From Longimicrobiales bacterium (GTDB taxonomy: Bacteria > Gemmatimonadota > Gemmatimonadetes > Longimicrobiales > Gaopeijiaceae), in the NCBI GenBank assembly GCA_965197725.1, contig CBDANQ010000059.1:32001-96000 (forward strand): a stretch of 64,000 bases of DNA, given 5' to 3'. Made by a program: the position numbers and the translations under genes. Shown here piece after piece: positions 9,484 to 19,425 of this stretch (positions are counted from its first letter, which is position 1; each line of letters starts with the position of its first letter). The notes beneath the pieces are model-generated. The model had not been told where the DNA came from. It made no database searches and worked only from the letters and a program-made list of their open reading frames with translations.

Positions 9484-11040
9484 ATGACCGCTCTCCTGCG
9501 CCTGTCGCTCGTCATGATCCTCGCCGGGTGCGCCGTGAACCCGGCCACCGGTCGTCGGGAGTTCTCCCTCATCAGCGAGAGTCGGGAAATCGAGATGGGC
9601 CGAGAGGCGGACGCAGACATCTCCGCCTCGCTCGGACTGGTCGATGACCCCGCGCTCCAGAGCTACGTCTCCGACATCGGGCACCGTCTGGCCGCGGTCT
9701 CCGAGCGCCCGCACCTCCCGTGGTCTTTCAAGGTCGTCGACGATCCACTCGTCAACGCATTCGCGCTGCCCGGGGGATTCATTTTCGTGACGCGTGGCAT
9801 CCTCGCCAACTTCGAGTCAGAGGCGGAGCTGGCAGGCGTACTCGGGCACGAGATCGGTCACGTCACCGCGAAACACTCGGTATCCCAGATGAGTCGGCAG
9901 CAGCTCCAACAGATCGGGCTGGGTGTCGGCATGATCTTCTCGTCCAGGGTCCGTCGCTTCGGTGACGTTCTGGGCGTGGGCCTCCAGCTCATGAACCTCC
10001 GATACTCACGGGGGAACGAGTCCGAGTCCGACGAACTGGGCGTGCGCTACATGACCCGGACCGCCTACGACGCCGAGTCGATGATCGGAGTCTTCCAGAT
10101 GCTCGCGGCGGTGTCCGGTGGCGAGGGGGAACGGATTCCGCAGTGGCAGCTCACGCACCCCTACCCCGAGAACCGCGAGACCGACATTCGTGAGTTGATC
10201 GCCGCATCGGGGAGTGCGGCCCGGGGCACGGTCGGCCGAGGCGAGTACCTGGATCGTCTCGGCGGCCTCGTCTACGGGCCGAACCCGCGGGAGGGGTACT
10301 TCATCGGCGACCGTTTTGTGCACCCTGACCTCGAGTTCGACGTGACGTTCCCGGAGGGCTGGACAGCGGTGAACGAACGCTCGTACGTGGCAGCGTTGAG
10401 TCCCGCGGAGGACGCAGCGGTGATCCTTCGGCTCGCGGAGGGCGCCACCGATCCGCGCGCCGCCCTACGCTCCTTTCTCGCCCAAGACGGCGTCTCTGGC
10501 CGCGCCGCGCGCAACGATGAGAGGGACGGGATCTCGGTCAGCCGCGCTATTTTCACCGCCAACTCCGCCGACGGCGCGCTGCGTGGCGAGGTGGGGTTCA
10601 TTGGTCTCGACGGGCGCGTATATCAACTGCTGGGGTTTGCCAACGACGTCACCTGGCGGCAGTACTCGGGCGTGGTGGCGGCACCTCTCTCGAGCTTTAC
10701 TCGACTCACGGACCCACGGACACTCGAGGTGCAGCCGTGGACCCTAGAAATAGTCGCGCTGCCTGAGGATATGTCGGTTCGAGACTTCCACGGCCGGAAT
10801 CCCGGTTCGGTCTCCGTCGAGGAGCTCGCGAGGTTGAATAGTCTAGCGCCGGACGCCGTAGTGCCTGCGGGCACGCGCCTCAAGCGTGTCGTAGGCACAA
10901 CCCTCCCGGGCCAACCAGATGTCGCACGAAGAGCGCCTTGCGGCGACCTTCGACGCGACATGGTCACAGCACTGGAGGAGGCCGGGGTCCCTACGCGCTC
11001 GGAGGGTCCATCGCGAGCATCGCATACGGGGAACCAATAG
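9484..11040 (+). CDS. M48 family zinc metalloprotease lipoprotein (BepA/YfgC-like) with LysM-like C-terminus
   Basis: Lipobox LAGC, VNAFALPGG, HEIGH, YSRGNESESD and THP motifs; start at ATG 9484. Confidence 0.9.
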   Translation: MTALLRLSLVMILAGCAVNPATGRREFSLISESREIEMGREADADISASLGLVDDPALQSYVSDIGHRLAAVSERPHLPWSFKVVDDPLVNAFALPGGFIFVTRGILANFESEAELAGVLGHEIGHVTAKHSVSQMSRQQLQQIGLGVGMIFSSRVRRFGDVLGVGLQLMNLRYSRGNESESDELGVRYMTRTAYDAESMIGVFQMLAAVSGGEGERIPQWQLTHPYPENRETDIRELIAASGSAARGTVGRGEYLDRLGGLVYGPNPREGYFIGDRFVHPDLEFDVTFPEGWTAVNERSYVAALSPAEDAAVILRLAEGATDPRAALRSFLAQDGVSGRAARNDERDGISVSRAIFTANSADGALRGEVGFIGLDGRVYQLLGFANDVTWRQYSGVVAAPLSSFTRLTDPRTLEVQPWTLEIVALPEDMSVRDFHGRNPGSVSVEELARLNSLAPDAVVPAGTRLKRVVGTTLPGQPDVARRAPCGDLRRDMVTALEEAGVPTRSEGPSRASHTGNQ

Positions 11041-11508
11041 CTACACTCGGCATCGACGTCGTCGCGTCAGTCAATTCCGAGAAACTTGGTGTCCTTCTGT
11101 AGGCGCTTTCCGCCCGGCGATTTCTATCTGGATGTCGACGCGGCGGATGCTGCCATGCGTCAAGGCGCTCAGTTCAACATCATCCATCCCACGTCCGGGC
11201 TGAAGATCGACGTCTTCCCGGACAAGAAGGACGAGGTCGCCAGGAGCCAGATCGAGCGCGGCCGTCGCCTCCCTGCTCTGCCGGGCCCCACGGCTGTCTT
11301 CTCCTCGGCCGAGGAGCTGATCGTGAAGAAGCTCCAGTATTACCGACTCGGTGGCTCCGACAAGCATCTGCGAGACGTGCGTGCGATGCTCGATATCTCC
11401 GGAAGGGAAATCGACTTGGAGCGTATTGGTGAATGGGTCGACCGGCTCGATCTTTCCGAGGAATGGAGCTTGGTGCCGGGTATCCCATCATCCCATCTCC
11501 ATGACTGA
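10960..11508 (+). pseudogene. Frameshifted nucleotidyltransferase (AbiEii/DUF6036-like)
   Basis: Joining three frames gives MVTALEEAGV/YALGGSIASIAYGEPIATLGIDVV.../FYLD...FNIIHPTSGLKIDVF...ELIVKKLQYYRLGGSDKHLRDV. Frame breaks near 10990 and 11100. Confidence 0.7.
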
Positions 11509-11568
11509 CCTCGAAAGCACGTGACCGCCGTTTCGAGAGCGGTACCCATCCTCACAACCGGAGGCTCC

Positions 11569-13143
11569 ATGGCAGCTGCCCGACGGCGGCGCTCCGCAAG
11601 AGCTCGGGCTACGCCGACGCCGACCTCGCGGCAGGTGCTCTATCTACCCCTAGCGCTGACGCTCGGCCTGCTGGGGCTGTCGCTCCTGCCACGTGTGCAG
11701 GGCAACCTTCGTCTCGCGTGGTCGTTCTGGGGTACGGCCGGAGCGCTCCTGATCTGGCAGACCGCGCTCTTCCTGCGACTCCGGGGTGCTTCCGCCGGCC
11801 GGTCGCTCCAGAACGTGCTCCGGCCACAGCACTACGTGCAGGCGGTGGTCCAGATCGCGGTGTTCGCCTACTGGGGATGGTACTGGCGACCCGTCTACGA
11901 CTTCGCCTTGCTCCTGGCCGCGCAGCTCGTGTTCGCCTACGTCTTCGACATGCTGCTCGCGTGGTCGCGGCGCGAGACGTACGTGCTCGGCTTCGGTCCG
12001 TTCCCGATAATCTTCAGCATCAACCTCTTCCTGTGGTTCAGGGACGACTGGTTCTACCTACAGTTCCTGATGATCGGGGTCGGCTTCCTCGGGAAGGAGC
12101 TCGTGCGCTGGCACCGCGCAGGCCGGAAGGTGCACATCTTCAACCCGTCCGCCTTCGCGCTCGGGCTCTTCTCGCTCGTGCTGATCACTACGGGCACCAC
12201 CGATCTCACGTGGGGACAGGAGATCGCCTCGACGTTGACGCTCGCGCCGCTGATTTACCTGTACCTGTTCCTGCTGGGCCTGATCGTGATGTACTTCTTC
12301 TCGATCACGCTCGTCGCCGGTTCCGCCGCGGTCGTGCTGTTCGGACTGAGCGCACTGTACGCGTCTCTGACGGGGGTCCCCTACTTCCTCGACTCCGACA
12401 TCCCCGCCGCGGTCTTCCTCGGCCTCCATCTCCTGATAACCGACCCGTCCACCTCGCCGCGGACATCACCTGGGAAGCTCCTCTTCGGAGGTTTGTACGG
12501 AGCGGGTGTGTTCGGCCTCTACATGGTCCTGGGGGCCGCCGGGGCGCCAACGTTCTACGACAAACTCCTGGCCGTGCCGCTTCTGAACCTGAGCGTTCGC
12601 GGGATCGACAGTGTGGTTGACCTCGCCCGGGAAAGCCCCGCGCTCGCCCGCTGGCAACTTAAATGGGCTCCCCTGCGCGCCAACCTAGCCCACATGGCCG
12701 CCTGGATCGTGTTCTTCGGAGCGATGACCGCGATGGGCAAGGCCGACGGAAAGCACACGGGTGACAGCCTGCCGTTCTGGGAGCAGGCGTGCGTGCAAGG
12801 CCGCTCCAACGCTTGCACTCGGTTGATCCAGCTGCAGACCACGTATTGCGGCGACAACTCGGCATGGGCGTGCAACGAGCTCGGCATACACTTCACGCAG
12901 GGGGAAATCGTGGCCTCCGATTCCGAGCTGGCGCGCGGCTACCTCGCGCGAGCCTGCGAACTCCGGTTCCAGGCCGCATGCGTCAATCTGTTGGACCCGG
13001 GTGGCTTCAACCGCACCGACCCCCGGCTCCTCGATCTCAGACTGCTGCTGCGAGAGGCGGGCCAGAACCTTATGGAGATGTCTGAGCCGGAGTTGTACAC
13101 CCGCGCGTGTGATCACGACTGGGCCTTCGCGTGCAGTCGATGA
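11569..13143 (+). CDS. Polytopic membrane protein with RnfD/NqrB-like motifs and a Cys-rich Sel1-like C-terminal domain
   Basis: HIFNPSAFAL and LLITDPSTSPRT motifs, many transmembrane segments, C-terminal AC/CxxLG repeats. Confidence 0.7.
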   Translation: MAAARRRRSARARATPTPTSRQVLYLPLALTLGLLGLSLLPRVQGNLRLAWSFWGTAGALLIWQTALFLRLRGASAGRSLQNVLRPQHYVQAVVQIAVFAYWGWYWRPVYDFALLLAAQLVFAYVFDMLLAWSRRETYVLGFGPFPIIFSINLFLWFRDDWFYLQFLMIGVGFLGKELVRWHRAGRKVHIFNPSAFALGLFSLVLITTGTTDLTWGQEIASTLTLAPLIYLYLFLLGLIVMYFFSITLVAGSAAVVLFGLSALYASLTGVPYFLDSDIPAAVFLGLHLLITDPSTSPRTSPGKLLFGGLYGAGVFGLYMVLGAAGAPTFYDKLLAVPLLNLSVRGIDSVVDLARESPALARWQLKWAPLRANLAHMAAWIVFFGAMTAMGKADGKHTGDSLPFWEQACVQGRSNACTRLIQLQTTYCGDNSAWACNELGIHFTQGEIVASDSELARGYLARACELRFQAACVNLLDPGGFNRTDPRLLDLRLLLREAGQNLMEMSEPELYTRACDHDWAFACSR

Positions 13144-14051
13144 AAGGCGCGGTTCCGCTCGCCTTCTTAGCGATCGTCGCCTCCGTGTGGATCGCGCTTC
13201 GACTCTCGCCGGGCCCGCCTGCGCGGGCCGCGAGGGAGGCACCGCCCCCTGCCGTTCTCGGCGAGGTCGCCGGCTTTCGAGCGGACGCATGGTTTCTCCC
13301 CGACGAGGAGCTGCTCGGCTTCGTGGAGATTCCGGCCGGGGTGTTTCTGATGGGTAGCGACCCGAGCGTCGATCCGCGCGCTTTCGGCATCGAGCGGTGG
13401 TCCAGCGCGAGGCCGCAGGGGACCGTGGACCTACCGGCCTTCTACATGGGGCGGTACGAGGTCACGGTCGCTCAGCTCAGTGCGTTCGTCGAGGCCACGG
13501 CATACACCATAGACCCGCAGGCGCTTCAGGCGCCTCCCGATCATCCTGCGAAATCCGTCTCCTGGCCCGATGCGCTCGCATACGCTCGCTGGCTCGACGC
13601 GACGCTCCGGGACTCGTCGGCGACACCGCCACGACTTGCGGCGCTGCTCCGCGACGGCTGGCGGATCACCTTGCCGACGGAGGCCGAGTGGGAGAAAGCC
13701 GCGCGGGGCGCCGACGGCCGAGTGTATCCGTGGGGGAACGAGCCCAGGCGGGACCGCGCCAACTACGGCGGAAGAAGCACCACGCCGGTGGGCAGCTACG
13801 AATGCCCGGAGTGCGCCTTCGACCTCTCCGACATGGCCGGAAACGTCTGGGAGTGGACTCGGAGCCCCTATCAGCCCTACCCATACGACGCGACGGACGA
13901 CGGCGACGGCCTCGAGGCGGAGGCGCTGTGGGTGATGCGCGGCGGCTCGTTCGGGGACCCCGAGGGCTTCGTCCGCGCTGCCAACCGCGGGCGTGCCGAT
14001 CCAGGGGCTCGACGGCCGTTCATCGGGTTTCGCGTATCAATCTCTCGGTAG
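13140..14051 (+). CDS. FGE-sulfatase (SUMF1/EgtB-like) domain protein
   Basis: FLMGS, RYEVTVAQ, LPTEAEWEKAARG, YPWG, DMAGNVWEW, RGGSF and GFR motifs; ATGA overlap with the upstream gene. Confidence 0.9.
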   Translation: MKGAVPLAFLAIVASVWIALRLSPGPPARAAREAPPPAVLGEVAGFRADAWFLPDEELLGFVEIPAGVFLMGSDPSVDPRAFGIERWSSARPQGTVDLPAFYMGRYEVTVAQLSAFVEATAYTIDPQALQAPPDHPAKSVSWPDALAYARWLDATLRDSSATPPRLAALLRDGWRITLPTEAEWEKAARGADGRVYPWGNEPRRDRANYGGRSTTPVGSYECPECAFDLSDMAGNVWEWTRSPYQPYPYDATDDGDGLEAEALWVMRGGSFGDPEGFVRAANRGRADPGARRPFIGFRVSISR

Positions 14052-14529
14052 CCGTAGCCTTCTCCGCCCACGCCTCTGACGCCCCGTCGGTCGACTTCAC
14101 GGCGACGATGATACTCCCGGCCGCGAGATGTTGGTCGAGCGGACCCGGCCTCCCGCCCAGGCGCGGGAGTCGGCACTCGTAGAACACGGTCGCCACGGTG
14201 CACAGGATCGCTCCCAGTGCGAGGCCTTCGAAAGTGATGATGCCGGCCGTCGGCAGAGGGACGATGGGCATGCCCCCGGTCGGCAAGGGGTACGCCTGCG
14301 ACGTGAGACTCGTCAGCAGGAATGCTGCGGTCCCACCCAGCACCGCCCCGACAACCGCCATGAGCGGAACCCGCGAGCGGACCTCGAGCCCCACTGGACA
14401 CACTTCGTGAACGAGGGGGATCGAGCTACGCACCTCGATCTCGCTGGCGGTGACGCCGGCCTCGGCGAGCTGTTCGAGCGCGTCCTGCGCGTCGGAGGCG
14501 GAATCGAAGGCCGCGTGAAGCCAGCTCAT
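14020..14529 (-). CDS. ActD-like (DUF3341) membrane subunit
   Basis: Two transmembrane helices, YPLPTGGMP...ITFE; follows the NrfD-family gene. Confidence 0.75.
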   Translation of the reverse strand: MSWLHAAFDSASDAQDALEQLAEAGVTASEIEVRSSIPLVHEVCPVGLEVRSRVPLMAVVGAVLGGTAAFLLTSLTSQAYPLPTGGMPIVPLPTAGIITFEGLALGAILCTVATVFYECRLPRLGGRPGPLDQHLAAGSIIVAVKSTDGASEAWAEKATATERLIRETR

Positions 14530-15900
14530 CTAGACCTCCTCGCCTACGGGCTGAGCGCTCGCTGGAACGGGACTCGCGATGTGATCGCCTTCGCGAACCT
14601 CCCAGATGGAGACGATGGGAGCGAACTGTACGAACAGGAAGTAGAGCATCATGAACATGCCAAAGGAGCCGACGAGAATCCCTATTTCCACCCAACTGGG
14701 CTGATACGTGCCGAGGGTGAAGTCGAGGTGCGGCATGCGAAGGGTCCCCACCACGATGAGGAAGCGCTCGATCCACATTCCGACGAGAACGCCCAGGCCA
14801 ACGATCGCGGTGGCCACCGGTCGCCTCCCCCAGCGGAACGACAGCACTCCTAGGGGCACGACGATGTTGACAAAAAGCATCCCCCAGAAGATCGGGGCGT
14901 ACTCGCCCGATACCCGCTCCCAGAAGACGGCCATCTCGGACGGCTCGCTGCCGTACCACACGGTCAAATGCTCCGCGAAGGTGAAGTATCCCCATATGAC
15001 AGTAAAGCTGACGAAGAGCAGACCGAGATTGTTGAACGCTTCGTCGCTCAGATACTCCTGAAGCCCCAGGCCGCGCCGCAGCACGTACATCGCGACCATC
15101 AGCACCGCGATCCCGGAATAGATGGCGCCGACCACGAAATAGGGACCGAAGATCGTGCTGTGCCACATCGGCTGAAGCGTCATGGCAAAATCCCACGACA
15201 CCACCGTGTGGACGGACACGGCAACCGGGATGATGATTACCGCCATCACCTTGATCCCGGCCTCGAGCGAGTGCCACTGCTGGGTACTACCTCGCCAGCC
15301 CATCGCCAACAGGCGAAAGAGGCGAGCCTTGAGGCTCGCCGGGGTCTCAGCGAGGGCGCGATCGCGCAGGATCGCCATGTCCGGCAGCAGAGGCAGAAGA
15401 AGGTAGAGCACACTCCCGGTCAGATACGTGCCGATCGCCATCATGTCCCAAAGCAGCGGCGAGCGGAAATTGGGCCACAGGCCACGCGAATTGGGGAATG
15501 GGATCATGAACCAAAAGAGCCAAGGGCGGCCCAAATGGATCAGTGGGAAGAGACCACCGATCGACAGCGCGAAGACGGTGATGGCCTCGGCGCTGCGCGT
15601 CACGGGCCGCCGCCATTCGGCGGAGGTGACGCGCAGGATTGCCGAAATCAGCGTCCCGGCGTGGCTGATGCCGATCCAAAAGACGAAGTTGGTAATGTAG
15701 AAGCCCCAGAACACGGGACGGTTGATGCCCGCGACCCCGATGTCGTTCTTGATCTGGTAGCCCCAGGAGAAGAAGAGCAGGCCCGTGATCGCTCCGGTCA
15801 CGAGACTGCCCGCGATCAGTCCAGGCCGAATGCCGCTGAGCGGCCGTAAGAGAGCCTCTTCCTTGGACGCGCCGGCCGGTCTCCCCACTCTACTCCCCAC
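14530..15900 (-). CDS. NrfD/ActC-family quinol-interacting membrane subunit
   Basis: WGFYITNFVFWIGISHAGTLISAILR, HLGRPW, NFRSPLLWD and SVHTVVSWDFA motifs. Alternative start at 15888. Confidence 0.92.
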   Translation of the reverse strand: MGSRVGRPAGASKEEALLRPLSGIRPGLIAGSLVTGAITGLLFFSWGYQIKNDIGVAGINRPVFWGFYITNFVFWIGISHAGTLISAILRVTSAEWRRPVTRSAEAITVFALSIGGLFPLIHLGRPWLFWFMIPFPNSRGLWPNFRSPLLWDMMAIGTYLTGSVLYLLLPLLPDMAILRDRALAETPASLKARLFRLLAMGWRGSTQQWHSLEAGIKVMAVIIIPVAVSVHTVVSWDFAMTLQPMWHSTIFGPYFVVGAIYSGIAVLMVAMYVLRRGLGLQEYLSDEAFNNLGLLFVSFTVIWGYFTFAEHLTVWYGSEPSEMAVFWERVSGEYAPIFWGMLFVNIVVPLGVLSFRWGRRPVATAIVGLGVLVGMWIERFLIVVGTLRMPHLDFTLGTYQPSWVEIGILVGSFGMFMMLYFLFVQFAPIVSIWEVREGDHIASPVPASAQPVGEEV

Positions 15901-16573
15901 CCCTCAGGTAGAACACCGAGGGGTGAGTGCCCAGGTCCTCCAGTAGCTGTGAGGCGCGCTCGCTCGTCGCGAGCCGGGTTACGCGGCTCTCCGGATCTGC
16001 CAGATCACCGAAGACGATCGCCTGCGCTGGGCAAGACTGCGCACAGGCTGTGTTGACTTCGCCGTCCCGCACCTCTCGGTCCTCGTCCTTCGCGATGTCT
16101 TGCGCGTCCTGGATCCGCTGCACGCAGAAGGTGCACTTCTCCATCACCCCTGCCGGGCGCACGCTGACATCGGGATTGAGCTGCCGTTCGAGCGGTTCCG
16201 GCCACTCCCCACCGTGCCAATTGAAGACGCGCACTGTGTAGGGGCAGTTGTTGGCACAGTACCGAGTACCGATGCAGCGGCTGTACACCATCGCGTTGAG
16301 CCCCTCGGGCGTCCGATAGGTCGCGTAAACTGGACAGACCGGTTCGCAGGGCGCCGCCGCGCAGTGCTGGCAGAGCACAGGAGTGAAACGAACCTTCACG
16401 TCCGGGAAGGTGCCCTCGTAGTGTCGCTCGATGCGCAGCCAGTGCATCGAGCGTCCCTTGAGGGCTTCGTCCTCGCCCACGGTCTGGATGTTGTTCTCCG
16501 CGTGACACGCCACGACACAGGCTCCACAGCCGGTGCAGCGGTCGGTGTCGATGGCCATTCCCCAGCGAGTCAT
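15890..16573 (-). CDS. 4Fe-4S dicluster subunit (ActB2/QrcC/NrfC-like)
   Basis: CTGCGACVVAC, CQHCAAAPCEPVCP, CIGTRYCANNCPY and EKCTFC...CAQSCP motifs. Confidence 0.93.
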   Translation of the reverse strand: MTRWGMAIDTDRCTGCGACVVACHAENNIQTVGEDEALKGRSMHWLRIERHYEGTFPDVKVRFTPVLCQHCAAAPCEPVCPVYATYRTPEGLNAMVYSRCIGTRYCANNCPYTVRVFNWHGGEWPEPLERQLNPDVSVRPAGVMEKCTFCVQRIQDAQDIAKDEDREVRDGEVNTACAQSCPAQAIVFGDLADPESRVTRLATSERASQLLEDLGTHPSVFYLRGGE

Positions 16574-18819
16574 CCGACGTCCTCCCCGCCAGCGTCTTGC
16601 GGCGCCCAGCCCACCGGAATTCTCTCACCCACACCCCGGTCGCTGTAGCTCCGACCCGAGCGCGCCATCTCACCGGGTCCGAGCCGCTCGATGCGGACCC
16701 GCGTCGCCGCCCACGCCGGTGCCGACGTGTCCTCGACCTGGAGCCGTCCCACCAAGTCAAGCGGGTTGGCCCCACGGCCCCGGGCGTATCGACCGTACTC
16801 GCGATGCCCCAGCCCCAGCGGCATGCCGATGACCCCTGGCCGGACCGCGGGGTCGACGACGGCTTGCACCTCGAGGGACCCCGAGGGCGAGTCGATGCGG
16901 AGGTGGTCTCCGTCGCGCACGCCGAGCTGTTCCGCATCCGCCGGGGACAGCTCAGCCCAGCTGTTCCACATGACGGTAGACATCGGATCGGGGAGCTCCT
17001 GGAGCCAGGGCCGGTTCGCTCCTCGCCCCGCGGCGGTCTTCAACGACTCGAAGGGAAGGAGCAAATAGGGGTACTGGGCGGCGGCGCCCTCGAAGCGGCT
17101 CAGCCCCGGCTCCGGGGCTGTACCGGTCGGGCCCGGAGGCGCCACCTGTGGCGCTCCGTCGCCGAAGATGCCCCCGCGCGCCAAGGCCTCGGAGTAGTAG
17201 TCGGATGCGTCTGAGCCGCCCGCGCCGGGCAGACGATCGAGATCTTCCTCGATCCGTGTGCGCACGAGATTCTCGAGGCTCGACCACGGGAAACTGCTGG
17301 CAACCGGCTCGCCCAGCGCGGTGGCGAGGGCAAGGATCACGTCGGCTGGATGGTTCCCGCTGCCGAGGGGATCGATCACGGCTCGACTCAGGCCGAGCAC
17401 TGGCAAGCCCACCGAGGCCGCCGGCTCCACTGCATTGAAACGCTCCAGCTCGGTGTTCAACGGCAGAACCAGGTCGGCGTGGAGCGTCGTGTCGTCGCGG
17501 AAGCTGCTCAGAGCGACGATGGTCTCGACGTCGGCCAGAGCCTGGTCCAGTCCCCAGCTCGCCGGAAGCGTGTGCAGAGGATCGGCGTCGACTACGAGCA
17601 AGAGCTGCACGGGCGAGCCCGACTCGCCGCGGAGTCGTGCCGCGAGCTCCGCCACCGAGGCCGGTCCGGACTCCGGTCCCGAGTCCGAAGGAGCGATGCC
17701 TCTCGCCAGTTCCAGGTCCCTCGGCGCGAACACGCCTCCGGGACGGCCCAGATTGTCGAGCAGGAGGTTGAGCCCGAGCGCCGCGACCACGTTGGTGAGC
17801 CCGTTGCTGTGGGCGGCCGCCGAACCGCCGGCCACGACCACGCGGTTCTCTGCCGCGCCCAGCTCCTGGGTGATGCGGCGAATCCTCTCTGCGGGTACAT
17901 CGCAAAGCTCAGCGGCTTCATCGAGATTCGGCGGGTCATCGGGGAAGAGCCGGCCGTACCGGCTCCGTGCCGCCCCGCCAACCACGCCTTCGGACAACAG
18001 AACGCCGGCCATGGCTCGCGCCAGGACCCCCTCGGTGCCTGGGCGCACCGCGAGCCACTCGTCGGCGTTCGCGGCGGTCAGCGACATGCGCGCCTCCACC
18101 TGGACGAGCTTGCCCCTGCGGCCCAAACGGCCCCGCCGCATCTCGGCAACCGCCCTGGTGTAGTGGACCGGACTGCGCCAGCGGTCGAGGATGGGCGAGC
18201 CGATGGACACGACATAGTCCGAGCGCCCCACGTCGAAGTAGGGGATGTCGTCGACGCCCAGGCTGATCTGCGCTGCCCGGCGCTCCGCCTCAAGCTCGGG
18301 AGCTTCGAGAAAAGCCGGTGATGGCGAACCCAACGCGGCAGCGAAACGACGCAACAGGGCACCTGTGAGACCGGAACGATCGGCGCCCACGAAAGCGAGT
18401 CGGTCCGCCGGCGTGCCGGCAATCGCGTCCACGGCCCCGGCCAGTCCCTCCTCCCACGAGAAGCCCTCGAAGCTCCCCTGCCGGCGATCCCCGACGCGTC
18501 GCTGAGGGTTCAAGATGCGATCGGGGTTATAGACCTCTTGCAGGAGGGAATGGCCCAGCGCGCACACACCTCCCCGGTTCACTGGATGATCCGGGTTGCC
18601 TTCGATTTTCTTGGCGTTTCCGTCGACGACCCGGACCTGGATCCCGCACCCGGCCGAGCATTGCTGACACACCGAAGGATGCCATACGCTCTCGCCCTGG
18701 AGCACGCCGGGACGCCGGGGCACTTGCGCCATGAACTGCTCGTCCTGACCCCGGCAGGCCTGGAGCAGTGATACGCCGGCTCCCAGAGCCGATGTCTTCA
18801 GAAAATCTCGTCTGCGCAA
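16570..18819 (-). CDS. Tat-exported molybdopterin-oxidoreductase-family subunit (ActB1/QrcB-like)
   Basis: RRRDFLK Tat motif plus lipobox-like LQAC; CQQCSAGC...GNPDHPVNRGGVC; ANADEWL; NRPWLQELPDP. Confidence 0.88.
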   Translation of the reverse strand: MRRRDFLKTSALGAGVSLLQACRGQDEQFMAQVPRRPGVLQGESVWHPSVCQQCSAGCGIQVRVVDGNAKKIEGNPDHPVNRGGVCALGHSLLQEVYNPDRILNPQRRVGDRRQGSFEGFSWEEGLAGAVDAIAGTPADRLAFVGADRSGLTGALLRRFAAALGSPSPAFLEAPELEAERRAAQISLGVDDIPYFDVGRSDYVVSIGSPILDRWRSPVHYTRAVAEMRRGRLGRRGKLVQVEARMSLTAANADEWLAVRPGTEGVLARAMAGVLLSEGVVGGAARSRYGRLFPDDPPNLDEAAELCDVPAERIRRITQELGAAENRVVVAGGSAAAHSNGLTNVVAALGLNLLLDNLGRPGGVFAPRDLELARGIAPSDSGPESGPASVAELAARLRGESGSPVQLLLVVDADPLHTLPASWGLDQALADVETIVALSSFRDDTTLHADLVLPLNTELERFNAVEPAASVGLPVLGLSRAVIDPLGSGNHPADVILALATALGEPVASSFPWSSLENLVRTRIEEDLDRLPGAGGSDASDYYSEALARGGIFGDGAPQVAPPGPTGTAPEPGLSRFEGAAAQYPYLLLPFESLKTAAGRGANRPWLQELPDPMSTVMWNSWAELSPADAEQLGVRDGDHLRIDSPSGSLEVQAVVDPAVRPGVIGMPLGLGHREYGRYARGRGANPLDLVGRLQVEDTSAPAWAATRVRIERLGPGEMARSGRSYSDRGVGERIPVGWAPQDAGGEDVG

Positions 18820-18909
18820 CCCTTCCCCCTAGTCGTACTCGTAGTGATACTCGGTTGATACTCGACTCGGTGTTGGCGATACTCGGGCCTTGGTCGCCCG
18901 CCGCGGTGC

Positions 18910-19410
18910 TCAGTGGTGACAGGTGAGGCAATCTATGCTTGCGTCGTTCTCCCTGTGGCACGACACGCACCAGCCCATGTCCGCTGTGTTAATCACCCGC
19001 TGGGCCACCGTCATCTGGCTGACGTCGCCGTGACACGTGGCGCATTCGACCTCGGCTCGAATGTGCGGTTTGTGCTTGAAATGGATCATCGCGGACGCCG
19101 GCATCACGTTCACTTTACGCCACAGCAACGGCTCACCGGTCTCGAGGTGCTCCATGAACTTCAGTACCTCCGGATGGTCCGGTATGGCGCGGCGGCGGTG
19201 ACAGACGGCGCAGGACGAAATCGCGGGCAGGCCGGCTTGCGCCTGGGTCTCAACGCCCTGGTGGCAACGCGTACAGGCTATGTCGTTCTCGCTGTGTGTC
19301 CGATGATTGAACGCGATCGGTTGCGCCGGCGGTGGCGGCGGCGGGTCGGAGCAGCCAGCCAGAAACGCCGTCGCGACGGCGAGGCCGAGGCAGCAGAGTC
19401 GAGGACGCAT
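18910..19410 (-). CDS. Pentaheme cytochrome c lipoprotein (ActA/QrcA-like)
   Basis: Five CxxCH motifs (CTRCH, CAVCH, CATCH, CVSCH, CLTCH), QPIAFNH, lipobox LAGC. Confidence 0.9.
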   Translation of the reverse strand: MRPRLCCLGLAVATAFLAGCSDPPPPPPAQPIAFNHRTHSENDIACTRCHQGVETQAQAGLPAISSCAVCHRRRAIPDHPEVLKFMEHLETGEPLLWRKVNVMPASAMIHFKHKPHIRAEVECATCHGDVSQMTVAQRVINTADMGWCVSCHRENDASIDCLTCHH

Positions 19411-19425
19411 CCGGGCGGAGTTGAT

